Positions 1 through 9,611 of a DNA stretch of 64,000 nt are shown one piece after another. The DNA comes from Polyangiaceae bacterium (GTDB lineage Bacteria; Myxococcota_A; Polyangia; Polyangiales; Polyangiaceae). The translations under genes were made by a program, and so were the position numbers. Every line of letters starts with the position of its first letter. Positions within the stretch are counted from its first letter, which is position 1. The stretch is from contig JBNKBE010000003.1 in NCBI GenBank assembly GCA_050287085.1, positions 303,350-367,349 of the forward strand. Reading direction: 5' to 3'. The notes under the pieces were generated by a model. The model saw only the letters and a list, made by a program, of their open reading frames with translations, had not been told where the DNA came from and searched no databases.

Positions 1-1527
1 GGAGCAGAATTTGCCAACGCCGAACGAGGCTATGTCTGCACGCTGAGCGCGCTCGTTCTGAAGTCGAGGACCGCCTACCTCTTCCACGTGGGAGATAGTC
101 GCGTTTACCTCCTTCGAAAAGGTGGGCTCACACAGCTCACGACCGATCATGCGCTTCGAATTGGGGACACTACGACCTACCTCAGTCGGGCCATGGGGCT
201 GGACTCACGGGTCGCCGTCGACTTCAAGCGACTACCCGTCGAGGTCGGTGATGTGTTCCTGCTGACGTCCGACGGAGTCCACGACTACCTTTCCACGGAT
301 GCCTTGGAACGGCTCACGGCGCCGGCTGTTGGAGCCTCTGACCTCGACGCGACCTGTGAGTCATTGATCGAGGCGGCGCTGGCGGAGAACAGTCCCGACA
401 ACCTGACTGCGCAGCTGCTTCGAGTCGACGCCGTCCCCGACGCAACCGCCGATGAATACGTGAAGCGTTTGACGGCACTGCCATTTCCGCCGGAGCTGCG
501 ACCTGGGCTCGTTCTGGACGGCTTTCGAATCGAAGAGGAGCTCCATGCTAGCTCGCGTAGCCAGGTGTATCGCGTCACACGGCTGAGCGACGGCAGGACG
601 TTGGCGCTCAAGACGCCAAGCGTCAACTTCGAGGACGATGCCGGTTACATCGAGCGCTTCGCGCTCGAGCATTGGGTCGGAACCCGCGTCTCAAGTCCAA
701 ACCTGGTGCAAACCCTTGCGCCTCCGAAGGACAGAAGCTGCCTCTACAGCCTGATGGAGTTCGTTGAAGGCCAGACCTTGGAGCAGTGGATCGAACGACG
801 CAGGCGACTTCCGGTACGCGAGATGGGTGAAGTGGCATCGATCGCAGACCAGATCGGTCGTGCCCTCATCGCGCTCCATCGCAAAGGCATCATCCACCAA
901 GATCTGAAACCCAGCAACATCGTGCTCAGCCCAAGCGGGAGCGCAAAGGTCATCGACTACGGCTCGGTGTTCGTCGGGGGCGTCGACGAGATCGCCAGTC
1001 CGATCGTACGCGAGAAGCTCCTGGGAACGGCGTCGTACGCTGCCCCCGAATACGTGTTAGGCCGAGTGCCGACTCGAGCCGCCGATACCTACTCGCTGGG
1101 TTCTGTCGTCTACGAGATGCTCACCGGGCAGTTGCCTTACGGAGAGGCGGGCGCAGCGGCTCGAAGTCCGGCGCACTTTCAGGAGCTGCGCTACCGTTCT
1201 GCTGCCGAGTTGAACCCCTACGTGCCGCCTTGGGTGGACGCGGCCGTCCGCCGTGCTGTGGCTCTGACGCCCGAGGCACGCTACGACGAGGTTACGGAGT
1301 TTCTCTACGATCTGCGGCATCCCAATCTCGAGCTCACGCAGCCCACGACGGCACCGAAGTCCGACGAAGCGCGAACGCGATGGCGTGGGCTGGCCCTGCT
1401 TCTTCTCGTGACCCAATTCGTGACGCTGTTCTGGCTTTCCCAAGTCCACAATAAGCAGCACTCCATCGGCTCCAATGACAAGCTCTCCCACGAGCCATCC
1501 GCTGCGGAACCCCCTGGAACGAACTGA
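1..1527 (+). CDS. Bifunctional PP2C-family phosphatase / Ser-Thr protein kinase with C-terminal TM (5' truncated by window edge)
   Basis: Frame is open from base 1 (GAEFANAERGYVCTLSALV..HVGDSR). PP2C motifs HVGDSR, LTSDG and DNLT; kinase motifs ALK, HQDLKPSN, DYG and APE; hydrophobic segment LALLLLVTQFVTLFWL. Confidence 0.9.
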   Translation, partial: GAEFANAERGYVCTLSALVLKSRTAYLFHVGDSRVYLLRKGGLTQLTTDHALRIGDTTTYLSRAMGLDSRVAVDFKRLPVEVGDVFLLTSDGVHDYLSTDALERLTAPAVGASDLDATCESLIEAALAENSPDNLTAQLLRVDAVPDATADEYVKRLTALPFPPELRPGLVLDGFRIEEELHASSRSQVYRVTRLSDGRTLALKTPSVNFEDDAGYIERFALEHWVGTRVSSPNLVQTLAPPKDRSCLYSLMEFVEGQTLEQWIERRRRLPVREMGEVASIADQIGRALIALHRKGIIHQDLKPSNIVLSPSGSAKVIDYGSVFVGGVDEIASPIVREKLLGTASYAAPEYVLGRVPTRAADTYSLGSVVYEMLTGQLPYGEAGAAARSPAHFQELRYRSAAELNPYVPPWVDAAVRRAVALTPEARYDEVTEFLYDLRHPNLELTQPTTAPKSDEARTRWRGLALLLLVTQFVTLFWLSQVHNKQHSIGSNDKLSHEPSAAEPPGTN

Positions 1528-1589
1528 CGCCACAGCAGGGAAGCCCTTCTCAGCTCGCGTCTTGGGAGGAGCTCTGGCATAGTTGCGCC

Positions 1590-2471
1590 GTGCCGCGCTC
1601 CCTACCCATGGCCCACGCTGCTGAGGCTCGCACAAAGACGCGGCCAGCGGCAGCACGGCCTGCGGGACGCTCTTCGGTGGAAGCCTTCACGAGGGCCGCC
1701 GGGTCGCTCTTATTGGTGCTGACCCTCGGCAACGCTTGCCGTCAGGACCCCACGGAAGTGCCTCCCAGCACAATCACCGAGCCAGGACCCACCGCCACTG
1801 CCGCACCTGAGGCGGCAAGCGACAAGTACACAACAGACGACGCTCTCCCACCGGCGGAGCCCTCGCCGGCTCCCCAATCGCGGCGCGCCCTCAATGTCCT
1901 CGCCATCGGCGACTCGCTCACCGACCTTCGCTCCCATGGCGGCGGGTACCTCAAGTACCTCCAGCGACGCTGCCCCCGATCACACTTCGTCAACCTCGGG
2001 CGCGGGGGCGATATGACCCATCAAATGCGGCGACGTTTCGAAGGCCAGGTGCGCTCAATCCCCGGCAAGTACAGCCACGTGATCGTCTTCGGTGGCGTCA
2101 ACGACATCATCAGCGACGAAACCGCCCATCGGACCAACGACAAGATCGAACGCGATCTGATGGCCATGTATAAGCGCTCGCGGGACTTCGGTGCTCGCGT
2201 GATCGCAATTGCGGTAGCGCCTTGGGGGGGCTTCAAGCGCTACTACAACGCGCGGCGTGGTCGGTCCACCCGTGCTCTCAACGCCTGGATTGCAGCCCAG
2301 GTACCAGCCGCCGTGGATCTCGCGCTCGACCCCTTCGACCTGCTCGCCTGTGGCGAAAGCTTGTGTCCTGAACACGTTCCCCCCTTTCAGGATGGCATTC
2401 ACTTCGGAAAGACCGGACACGAGTTATTGGGACAGGCGCTATTTGACGCGGAATTCAAGAACTGCCTGTAG
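1590..2471 (+). CDS. SGNH/GDSL hydrolase family protein, probable lipoprotein
   Basis: GDSL block I (IGDSLT), block III (GGVND), block V (DGIH); lipobox-like LTLGNAC then a Pro-rich linker. Start uncertain. Confidence 0.85.
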   Translation: MPRSLPMAHAAEARTKTRPAAARPAGRSSVEAFTRAAGSLLLVLTLGNACRQDPTEVPPSTITEPGPTATAAPEAASDKYTTDDALPPAEPSPAPQSRRALNVLAIGDSLTDLRSHGGGYLKYLQRRCPRSHFVNLGRGGDMTHQMRRRFEGQVRSIPGKYSHVIVFGGVNDIISDETAHRTNDKIERDLMAMYKRSRDFGARVIAIAVAPWGGFKRYYNARRGRSTRALNAWIAAQVPAAVDLALDPFDLLACGESLCPEHVPPFQDGIHFGKTGHELLGQALFDAEFKNCL

Positions 2472-2593
2472 TCCCCGCCCTTGCGCCGATGCCCGTCGAG
2501 CCGGGCGATGAGCGGCCCTGTGGTGAAAACCCCTCGCGGGGCCCAAACTCAACAGCTGTTGTCACCGGAGCCGCTTTTGAGTACAGCGGCAGG

Positions 2594-3196
2594 GTGACTG
2601 ACTCCGAACGAACTACCCTGGCCAGTTTGTTGGATAAGCGTTTGCTGCTCACTTTCGGACTGCTCGGCGTGGTGGGCTTCGTAGCTTGCGATGGGGTCAA
2701 TGCGGTTGTGAATCGCGCCTTTGCGGACCCCGCGCTACCAGCACCCAAGCCGGAAAGCTGGAAGCCGGGAACAACCCATCAGGTCGAGCTGACGCTGATC
2801 ACCAAGGACTACACCCGGCTCGACTGCGCGGCAGACGAGGTGCGCGACGGCACCTACTGCAAGTACCTGGCTGACCATAGCCGGCGCCCCAAGGCGCCCG
2901 ACGCTCCGCTGGACGACAACAACGAGCACTTGGTGCAACCCTACCGAACAGCAGTAGGCAACCACTTCCTCATGGTCGCGGGACTGTGGGCCACTCCCGA
3001 CGTGGCTCAGCGAGTGCACGACGAACCTTTCTCAAGCGTCCCCGAAAAGAAGCTCAAGCGCTTTGTCGCCGACTGTCGGGTCCGCTTCGTCGAACCCTTG
3101 GCGAAAGCTGACGTGCGCTGGGGTTCGGGTCAGAAGTGGATCAGCGAAAAATCCGTTTCGGTTGGTATCGCCGAAGAATGCCGGATCGTACGCTGA
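2594..3196 (+). CDS. Hypothetical lipoprotein
   Basis: Hydrophobic stretch ending GFVAC (lipobox-like), four further Cys. Start uncertain (ORF open from 2489). Confidence 0.6.
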   Translation: MTDSERTTLASLLDKRLLLTFGLLGVVGFVACDGVNAVVNRAFADPALPAPKPESWKPGTTHQVELTLITKDYTRLDCAADEVRDGTYCKYLADHSRRPKAPDAPLDDNNEHLVQPYRTAVGNHFLMVAGLWATPDVAQRVHDEPFSSVPEKKLKRFVADCRVRFVEPLAKADVRWGSGQKWISEKSVSVGIAEECRIVR

Positions 3197-3372
3197 GCCG
3201 CTGAAGATCATTCGGGAATGCCGTGTCCCGCGCGCTGAATGGTCCCGGAACGACCCCAGTCGGTAGCCGCTGGAAAGATCGTCTGCCGTCGCCGAGTAGC
3301 TCCGCTGCGTCGTTCCGGCACACGGACATCTGAGTACCTAGACTTACATAACCGGATCCCTAAGATGAGAGC

Positions 3373-3729
3373 GTGCAGTGCCCACATTGCCAGCGCCCAA
3401 TGCTCGCCCTCTTCTACTCATGCGTCTGCGACTACTGCGACGGCGAGGCGCAACTCGACGAGTTCGACCGCGGTTTCATCGTGTGGCGGGATCGCCCATT
3501 GCCCGCAGAAGAGTTCGTCTTTCCAAGCCGTGAGGACGCCGAACGATGGCGGGACGCCAATCGGCTGCAAGGCTACCCAATCGCTTCCGTGCGCGCCCCC
3601 GTTGCCTTTCAATGGCGCAACAGTACCGGCACTATCCAACCACTGGTAACCGCCGATGCATTGGTCACGATCTATCCAGACCACCGCTTCCCGCCGGACA
3701 AGAATCGGGCATTCCTGAGCGCGGACTGA
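3373..3729 (+). CDS. Small hypothetical protein with N-terminal putative Zn-binding motif
   Basis: CPHC..CVCDYC at the N-terminus, protein-like composition, fills the intergenic space before a convergent gene. Confidence 0.6.
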   Translation: MQCPHCQRPMLALFYSCVCDYCDGEAQLDEFDRGFIVWRDRPLPAEEFVFPSREDAERWRDANRLQGYPIASVRAPVAFQWRNSTGTIQPLVTADALVTIYPDHRFPPDKNRAFLSAD

Positions 3730-3755
3730 GGACCGAGGGCTCGGAATCGGACCCG

Positions 3756-6700
3756 CTATGCGCCTCCGGTCTCGAGTCCGCCGCGGTCACCGGCTCGGCG
3801 GTAGGCCCCACTCAAGCGGCGCCACACCGAGAGCAAGTCGAGCATCGCTGCGTACACCGCTGGAACGAGCAGCAGGCATATCACCGTGGCAAATAGCACT
3901 CCGAAGCCAAGGCTGATCGCCATGGGGATGAGGAAACGGGCTTGAGCCGACGTCTCGAGTATCATCGGCACCAAACCTAAGAAGGTCGTCAGACTGGTCA
4001 ACAAGATGGGACGGAAGCGGCGCACCGCGCCCAGCGTGATGGCCTCCAATCCATCGCTCGCGACACTTCTGAACTCGTTGATGGCGACGATCAGGATCAA
4101 GGAATCGTTTACCACCACACCCGACAGCGCAACAATCCCCATCATGCTCATGAGGCTGAGCGAATAGGACATGGCCAAATGACCTAGCAATGCGCCGACC
4201 AAGCCAAAAGGGATCACGAGCATGATGATCAACGGCTGGGCGTAGGAGCGGAACACAACGGCAAGCAGGGCATAGATGCCGAAGAGGGCAAAAAGGAATC
4301 CGATCCCCAATGCGCCGAGGGCCTCGCGTTGGGCGGCTTGTTCCCCTTCAAGCGAAACACCGAGACCACGATAGCGTGAAATCAGTCGCGGAATGATCTC
4401 GCGTTTGACATCCGCAAGCACCTTTCCGGCATTGGTGATCGAGTTGTCGACGTCCGCGCTGACATTGACAACGCGACGCCCTTCACGCCGCTTGATCTCC
4501 GTGAAGGATCGTCCCCGCGCGACGGTTGCCGCGTCGGCCAGTGGGATCTCCCCGCCACCAGGCGTCTGAAGGAGCAACGACTCCACGTCGAATTCGCTAT
4601 GTCTCTCGCTCTGCGGAAGACGCACAAAAACCCGGAGTTCCTCCCTCCCCCGCTGTTCGCGCACCGCTTCCGACCCGAAGAATGACGCACGCACTTGGCG
4701 AGCCAATTCCAGTTCGGTCAATCCCAGGGCACGCGCCTCCGGACGCAACTTGAAGTCCAACTGCTGTTTGCCGGCACTGAAGCCATCGTCGATATCGAAC
4801 ACCCCAGCGTAGCCCTGGAGGGCTTCAGCCAGTTCCGTCGCAGCCTCCTCCAGCACAGCCACGTCGGTATGCGATAGCTCGACATCCACCGGCGCTCCCG
4901 CCGACGGGCCGCCGATATTGTAGTTGAACTTCAGATGCTCGAGCCCCGGTATCTCGCCGACGCGCTGACGCCAGCGTGCAGAAAACTCGCTCGATGTGAA
5001 GGCTCGCTCCCCAAGGGGCACCAAGTACACGGCCACTTCACCGACATGTCCGCCGCCGCCGCGAGCCGCAGTCGGACGAGCACCGCCGGCGAAAAACCCG
5101 GTGTTGCCAACCTGAGCAAATACGCCGCGACTCACCTCATCCTGCCCGCCCATCTCCTCAAGCAGCCCCTGCGCCGAGTGAACTAGCCTATCGATCACCT
5201 CATGAGTGTCTTCCACCGGGGCCCCAAACGGTAGCGCAACGTCGGCCACCACCACGTCGCCTTCCACCTTCGGCATGAACGTGAAATTGACACGGCCCCC
5301 CGCTACGAGCCCTGCGGAAAGGAGCAAAGCGCAGATCCCCAGCGCGATGACCAAGTAGCGATAGTCGAGCGCTCGCCGCAAGAATGGACCAAATGAGCCG
5401 ATGATGAAGCGTTCCACCCCCGCGCTGAAACGCTCCTGATAGCGGTCGATAAAGCCGAGAATCCCGCGCCCTCCAGTCTTGGAATGGGCCAGATGGGCCG
5501 GCAATATGAGCAAAGACTCGATCAGGGAGATGCTCAAAACGGCCATGACCACGATCGGTATCAGCCGGAAGAACTTCCCCATGGCGCCCGGCACAAACAA
5601 CATCGGAGCAAACGCCACCAGCGTCGTCAGGATGGCAAATACCACCGGTACCGCCACTTCCTTGATGCCGGCGACTGCCGCGTCAAGGCCCCGCAAACCT
5701 TCGCTTCGCTTATGGTATATTGCCTCCCCCACGACGATCGCGTCATCCACCACCATGCCTAGGGTCACGATGAACGCAAACAGCGATATCATATTCACGC
5801 TCGCGTCCAGTGGCGGCAAGAAGGCCAGCGCCCCAACGAAAGAGATGGGGATACCAAGCGTAACCCAGAACGCGAGTCGCACCTCCAAGAACAACGCAAG
5901 CACTATCAGCACGAGCACTAGGCCCATCTTTGCATTGTCGGTCAGCAGCTTGAGGCGCTGCTGGTACATTTCGGACCAGTCGGACCAGGTCGAAACACGA
6001 ACGCCTGCGGGCAGGCGAGCTGCGGCGCGCTGCTCGTAGTCCTTGACCGCTTGCGCAACAGCCACGGGCGTCTCATCGCCAACGCGAAAGACGCGGATCA
6101 TCGCCGCCTGCAGACCGTCGAAACTGGCGCTCTGATCTGTTTCCCGAAACCCGTCGTCGATCTCGGCAATCTGCCCAAGACGAATCTCACTGCCGTCGGG
6201 ACGACTCAGGATTGCAATCTGCGCGAACTCATCGCGACTGCGGCGCCGCTCTGCCGTCCGCACCAAGATCTCGCCGGACGGCGTCTTGACCCCACCCCCC
6301 GGAAGTTCGACGCTCGCCCGCCGCACGAGCTGAGAGACTTGTTCGAGCGTGAGGCCGTAGCGCCGCAGTTCGGCCTGTGGCACCTCGATGCTGACCTCGA
6401 GCGGGCGTACCGCGCCGAGCTCGACCACGGTGATGTCATCACTGGCGAGTAGCCCGTCGCGCATATCCTCCGCCAGATGGCGAAGGGCCTTCTCCTCCTG
6501 GTCGCCATAGACCACCAGGGTGATGACCTCACGACGGTTGCTCGCCAAGCTGACGATGGGACGTTCCACGTCCTGGGGGAAGGACGTTATGCGATCGACT
6601 GCGCCCTTGACGTCCGCTAGCGCACGGCTCGAATCTGTTCCGAGTGTCAACTCTACGACCACGACACCCGTTCCTTCGAGTGCGGTGCTACTCACTTCCT

Positions 6701-6989
6701 TGACGCCGTCTACCTCACGCACGGCCTCCTCGACCGCGAGCAGCACGCCCTGTTCGACTTCAGCAGGGCTCGCGCCGGGGTAGGCGACGTTGATCAACAC
6801 CATGTCGAGTTCAAACTGTGGGAACACCTCTTGCTTGACGTTCAGCAGGCTGAGCAATCCTCCGAAGAAGATGGTGAACATCAACAGATTCGCGGCGACG
6901 GCGTTGCCCGCCATCCACGCAAGGGGACCTTTCAGCCTCGAGCGCCACGGTGGAATCGCTTCACCCTGTTCGTCCACGTCAGCCACCAT
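3756..6989 (-). CDS. RND efflux transporter permease (AcrB/AcrD/AcrF family)
   Basis: 1077 aa; YPGASPAEVE, GMVVDDAIVV, GVVVNDS and RFRPILLTSLTT motifs; many TM segments. Confidence 0.95.
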   Translation of the reverse strand: MVADVDEQGEAIPPWRSRLKGPLAWMAGNAVAANLLMFTIFFGGLLSLLNVKQEVFPQFELDMVLINVAYPGASPAEVEQGVLLAVEEAVREVDGVKEVSSTALEGTGVVVVELTLGTDSSRALADVKGAVDRITSFPQDVERPIVSLASNRREVITLVVYGDQEEKALRHLAEDMRDGLLASDDITVVELGAVRPLEVSIEVPQAELRRYGLTLEQVSQLVRRASVELPGGGVKTPSGEILVRTAERRRSRDEFAQIAILSRPDGSEIRLGQIAEIDDGFRETDQSASFDGLQAAMIRVFRVGDETPVAVAQAVKDYEQRAAARLPAGVRVSTWSDWSEMYQQRLKLLTDNAKMGLVLVLIVLALFLEVRLAFWVTLGIPISFVGALAFLPPLDASVNMISLFAFIVTLGMVVDDAIVVGEAIYHKRSEGLRGLDAAVAGIKEVAVPVVFAILTTLVAFAPMLFVPGAMGKFFRLIPIVVMAVLSISLIESLLILPAHLAHSKTGGRGILGFIDRYQERFSAGVERFIIGSFGPFLRRALDYRYLVIALGICALLLSAGLVAGGRVNFTFMPKVEGDVVVADVALPFGAPVEDTHEVIDRLVHSAQGLLEEMGGQDEVSRGVFAQVGNTGFFAGGARPTAARGGGGHVGEVAVYLVPLGERAFTSSEFSARWRQRVGEIPGLEHLKFNYNIGGPSAGAPVDVELSHTDVAVLEEAATELAEALQGYAGVFDIDDGFSAGKQQLDFKLRPEARALGLTELELARQVRASFFGSEAVREQRGREELRVFVRLPQSERHSEFDVESLLLQTPGGGEIPLADAATVARGRSFTEIKRREGRRVVNVSADVDNSITNAGKVLADVKREIIPRLISRYRGLGVSLEGEQAAQREALGALGIGFLFALFGIYALLAVVFRSYAQPLIIMLVIPFGLVGALLGHLAMSYSLSLMSMMGIVALSGVVVNDSLILIVAINEFRSVASDGLEAITLGAVRRFRPILLTSLTTFLGLVPMILETSAQARFLIPMAISLGFGVLFATVICLLLVPAVYAAMLDLLSVWRRLSGAYRRAGDRGGLETGGA

Positions 6990-8262
6990 TCCCCGCCGCA
7001 GTAGTCCGTGGCGGGCCGGCGTCCTCGCCCAAGCCCGCTGCCGGTAGTTTCTCTGAAGCCTTCCCCGGCGCGGAGCGCTCCTGCGCTACGGCTGCGCCGT
7101 CGTCGCCGGCCAGACGCAGTCGCATGCCCGAGACGGGACTTGCAACACGGCTTGTGATGAGCCGCTCCCCCTCCCGAAGCCCCGAAGACGCCAAAACAAC
7201 GTCTGCCGTTCGCCATGCAACGTTCACCCGGCGCGTTTCCAGCTTTCCGTCGCTGTACAGCAGCACGCGGTCGCCGTCTTGTACCGTTCGCGCAGGCAGC
7301 TCAAAGACGTCAACTTGATTACCTGCGGCCAGCTGCACGCTCACAAAAGCCCCCAGCAATAGCGGCAGCCGACTGCCATCCCCTCCCCCGAGTGGATCCT
7401 GCACCTCCACGAGCAGACGCGCCATTCGCCCCGCCGGGTCCAAGTCGCCCAACAGACGCACAACCCGTCCCTGACGCGAAACCTGTGCCTTGCCCGACCC
7501 CTGAGTGACAGTCGCCAGAGCACCGTCCTCGGCTGCTACCCCTCTCAACCCGGGAATCGAAATATGCGCCAAGGCCTCCAAGCTGACAGCCACCTGAATC
7601 CAATAGGCTTCCGTTCCGATCAACGTCGCGGCTTGTGTCTGCGGACTCACCAACTGCCCCAGTTCGACGTTCTCGCTTTGCACCCAGGCGTCAAAAGGGG
7701 CGTTCACGGTCGTTCGTCCAACGTTGAGTTCCGCACGCTCCCGAGCGCTCCTGGCGGCGGCGAGCGAAGCCCGCGCCGTTTCGAGCTGGGGCTGACGCAG
7801 TGCGATGGCACGCCCCTCCGGCGTAGCCCGCTCGTCCTCACCAATGATGGCCCATTCGTCCTGCGCCACGCGATGCTGCATTTGCTCTAGCTTCAACTGC
7901 AGCTCGGCTTGTTCAACCGTGGAGCGTTGCTGCTTGACCGCAAGCCGGTAGTCGCGAGCATCAACTCGCAGCAGCGGCGTTCCCGCCGCAACTCGTCCAC
8001 CGGGAACCAGTTGCTCGTTCAGCCACGTAACTCGCCCCGTGACCTCGGGTTGGATCACGACACGCCGACTGGGCGTTACTGTGCCATGCGCCTCAATAGT
8101 CACCGCGCGCGAGACGCGCCTCAGGGGCTGGGTTTCGACCAGCTCACCGAGGTGCTCGATCGGCTTCTTTGCAGGCTCCGGTCGAGTGCGGACCAGCATC
8201 ACAAGACCCAGAACGCCAACCGCCAGGACCACAATGGGTAATAGTCCCTTTAACCACTTCAT
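6979..8262 (-). CDS. RND periplasmic adaptor (membrane fusion protein)
   Basis: N-terminal TM, PEVTGRV lipoyl half-motif, coiled hairpin, APFDA; overlaps the RND gene start. Confidence 0.93.
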   Translation of the reverse strand: MKWLKGLLPIVVLAVGVLGLVMLVRTRPEPAKKPIEHLGELVETQPLRRVSRAVTIEAHGTVTPSRRVVIQPEVTGRVTWLNEQLVPGGRVAAGTPLLRVDARDYRLAVKQQRSTVEQAELQLKLEQMQHRVAQDEWAIIGEDERATPEGRAIALRQPQLETARASLAAARSARERAELNVGRTTVNAPFDAWVQSENVELGQLVSPQTQAATLIGTEAYWIQVAVSLEALAHISIPGLRGVAAEDGALATVTQGSGKAQVSRQGRVVRLLGDLDPAGRMARLLVEVQDPLGGGDGSRLPLLLGAFVSVQLAAGNQVDVFELPARTVQDGDRVLLYSDGKLETRRVNVAWRTADVVLASSGLREGERLITSRVASPVSGMRLRLAGDDGAAVAQERSAPGKASEKLPAAGLGEDAGPPRTTAAGNGG

Positions 8263-8447
8263 GTTCGTGCTCCGCTAGGTCGAGGCTCTTGCGCCCTAGA
8301 ACGGACGTTCTTCGCCGCGATAAGGTTATCAGTGCGTGCGTACAAGAGCGGAAAACGCCCCCGCATCGCCGGCCAATTGGCCGCCGTACGCCAAGCTCCA
8401 ACTCTGGCATCGCTGCACAACTCGTTCGCTGGTACCACGGCCACCCG

Positions 8448-8897
8448 ATGAATACCAAAGCCGCATTCGTCCTCGCTACCTGGTTCGGTTTTGGCAAGGC
8501 GCCCAAGGCCCCGGGAACCGTGGGTGCGATGGGTGCCTTGCTTCTCTACCTTCCGCTCCGCCACACCTCCAGCGGGGTGTATTGGGGCGTCACGCTGGCC
8601 GTGACCCTGATAGGGACCTGGGCCGCTCATCGCGCTGCCCTCGAGAGCGGGGATCCGGACCCTGGTTGGGTCGTCATCGACGAAGTAGCCGGGGTCTTGA
8701 TCGCCCTCGGGTTGGTCCGCAGCGATGGCCTCTTCGTGGAAGCCGCCGCGTGGGTCCTATTTCGCGTCCTGGATATCTGGAAGCCGGGTCCGATCCACGC
8801 TGCGGAACGACTCCCCCCCAAGGGGTTCGGCATCATGGCCGATGATCTGCTTGCAGGAGCCGTCGCGGGTCTGCTTGCAGGGCTCTTGGCTCTGTAA
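8448..8897 (+). CDS. pgpA: Phosphatidylglycerophosphatase A
   Basis: ATWFGFG..KAPGTVG, DPGWVVIDEVAG, FRVLDIWKPGPI and GIMADDLLAG motifs; ATG at 8448. Confidence 0.93.
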   Translation: MNTKAAFVLATWFGFGKAPKAPGTVGAMGALLLYLPLRHTSSGVYWGVTLAVTLIGTWAAHRAALESGDPDPGWVVIDEVAGVLIALGLVRSDGLFVEAAAWVLFRVLDIWKPGPIHAAERLPPKGFGIMADDLLAGAVAGLLAGLLAL

Positions 8898-8939
8898 CCC
8901 CGGCTTCCTTCTTGGAGCGAGGCCTAGTAGACTCCACCG

Positions 8940-9296
8940 ATGATTCTCGGGGTCTGCAGAATCACCCTCTTCTTGCCAGAAAACGACTCGTTGAAGGGAA
9001 AGCGGTCAGTGTTGCGCCCGCTGCTGGCTAAAGCACGCCACCGCTTCAACCTCGCCGCGGCGGAAGTGGCTCATGCCGACGACCACCACAACGCCGAGCT
9101 CGCCTTCGTTGTGGTTTCCAGCAGCAGCCGACATGTCGACGAAATGTTGGGGCAAGTGGTGCGCTTTTGTGAAAGCACCTGCCCTGCGGAAATCTCCGCC
9201 ATCTCCACAGAACGCATCGCGGTGAACGCCGCCGTTGGTCCCAATATGGCAACCGGGGGCGACTTCGAACTACCTGCACATTGGCGAGGGGCGTGA
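8940..9296 (+). CDS. DUF503 / YlxP-family protein
   Basis: MILGV..LFLPENDSLKGKRSV..RFNLAAAEV signature. Confidence 0.88.
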   Translation: MILGVCRITLFLPENDSLKGKRSVLRPLLAKARHRFNLAAAEVAHADDHHNAELAFVVVSSSSRHVDEMLGQVVRFCESTCPAEISAISTERIAVNAAVGPNMATGGDFELPAHWRGA

Positions 9297-9387
9297 CACA
9301 TCGACCCATGCGATCGGGTTGTGGCTTGACGCCGTAGTAGCGAGCCGCTAGAGGTCGCGCTCCAGTATCGGAGTCGATACACAACCC

Positions 9388-9577
9388 CGTTCGGTGCCCT
9401 CTGGGGCATAAAAGGGAAGCCGGTGAGAATCCGGCACGGTCCCGCCACTGTAAGTGGGTCACGGCAAGGCAACGATGTCACTCGGTCACTCCGGGGAAGA
9501 CGCCTGGCCGCGAATAGACGACGTGCGCTGACGCTTGTTAGTCTATTCACCCCGCAAGTCAGGAGACCTACCGAACG
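9388..9577 (+). ncRNA. Cobalamin (B12) riboswitch
   Basis: Conserved core AAAAGGGAAGCCGGTGAGAATCCGGCACGGTCCCGCCACTGTAA, then GGGAAG and B12-box AAGTCAGGAGACCT; closing helix CGTTCGGT(9388)/ACCGAACG(9577); directly upstream of an ABC/TonB uptake operon. Confidence 0.95.
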
Positions 9578-9611
9578 ACCACGCGCCTAGTCCGCGGGAA
9601 ACGGATGAACG

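Noticed and set aside
8169..8447. N-terminal extensions in the ORF track (pgpA, ybgC 50986, yigZ 51621, tadB 30812, cpaB 34523, btuB 11444)
   Set aside because: They overlap neighbouring genes or lack family similarity; downstream starts fit better.
9326..9354. Sigma-70 promoter TTGACG-17-TAGAGG before the riboswitch
   Set aside because: The -10 element lacks the conserved final T; too weak to call.
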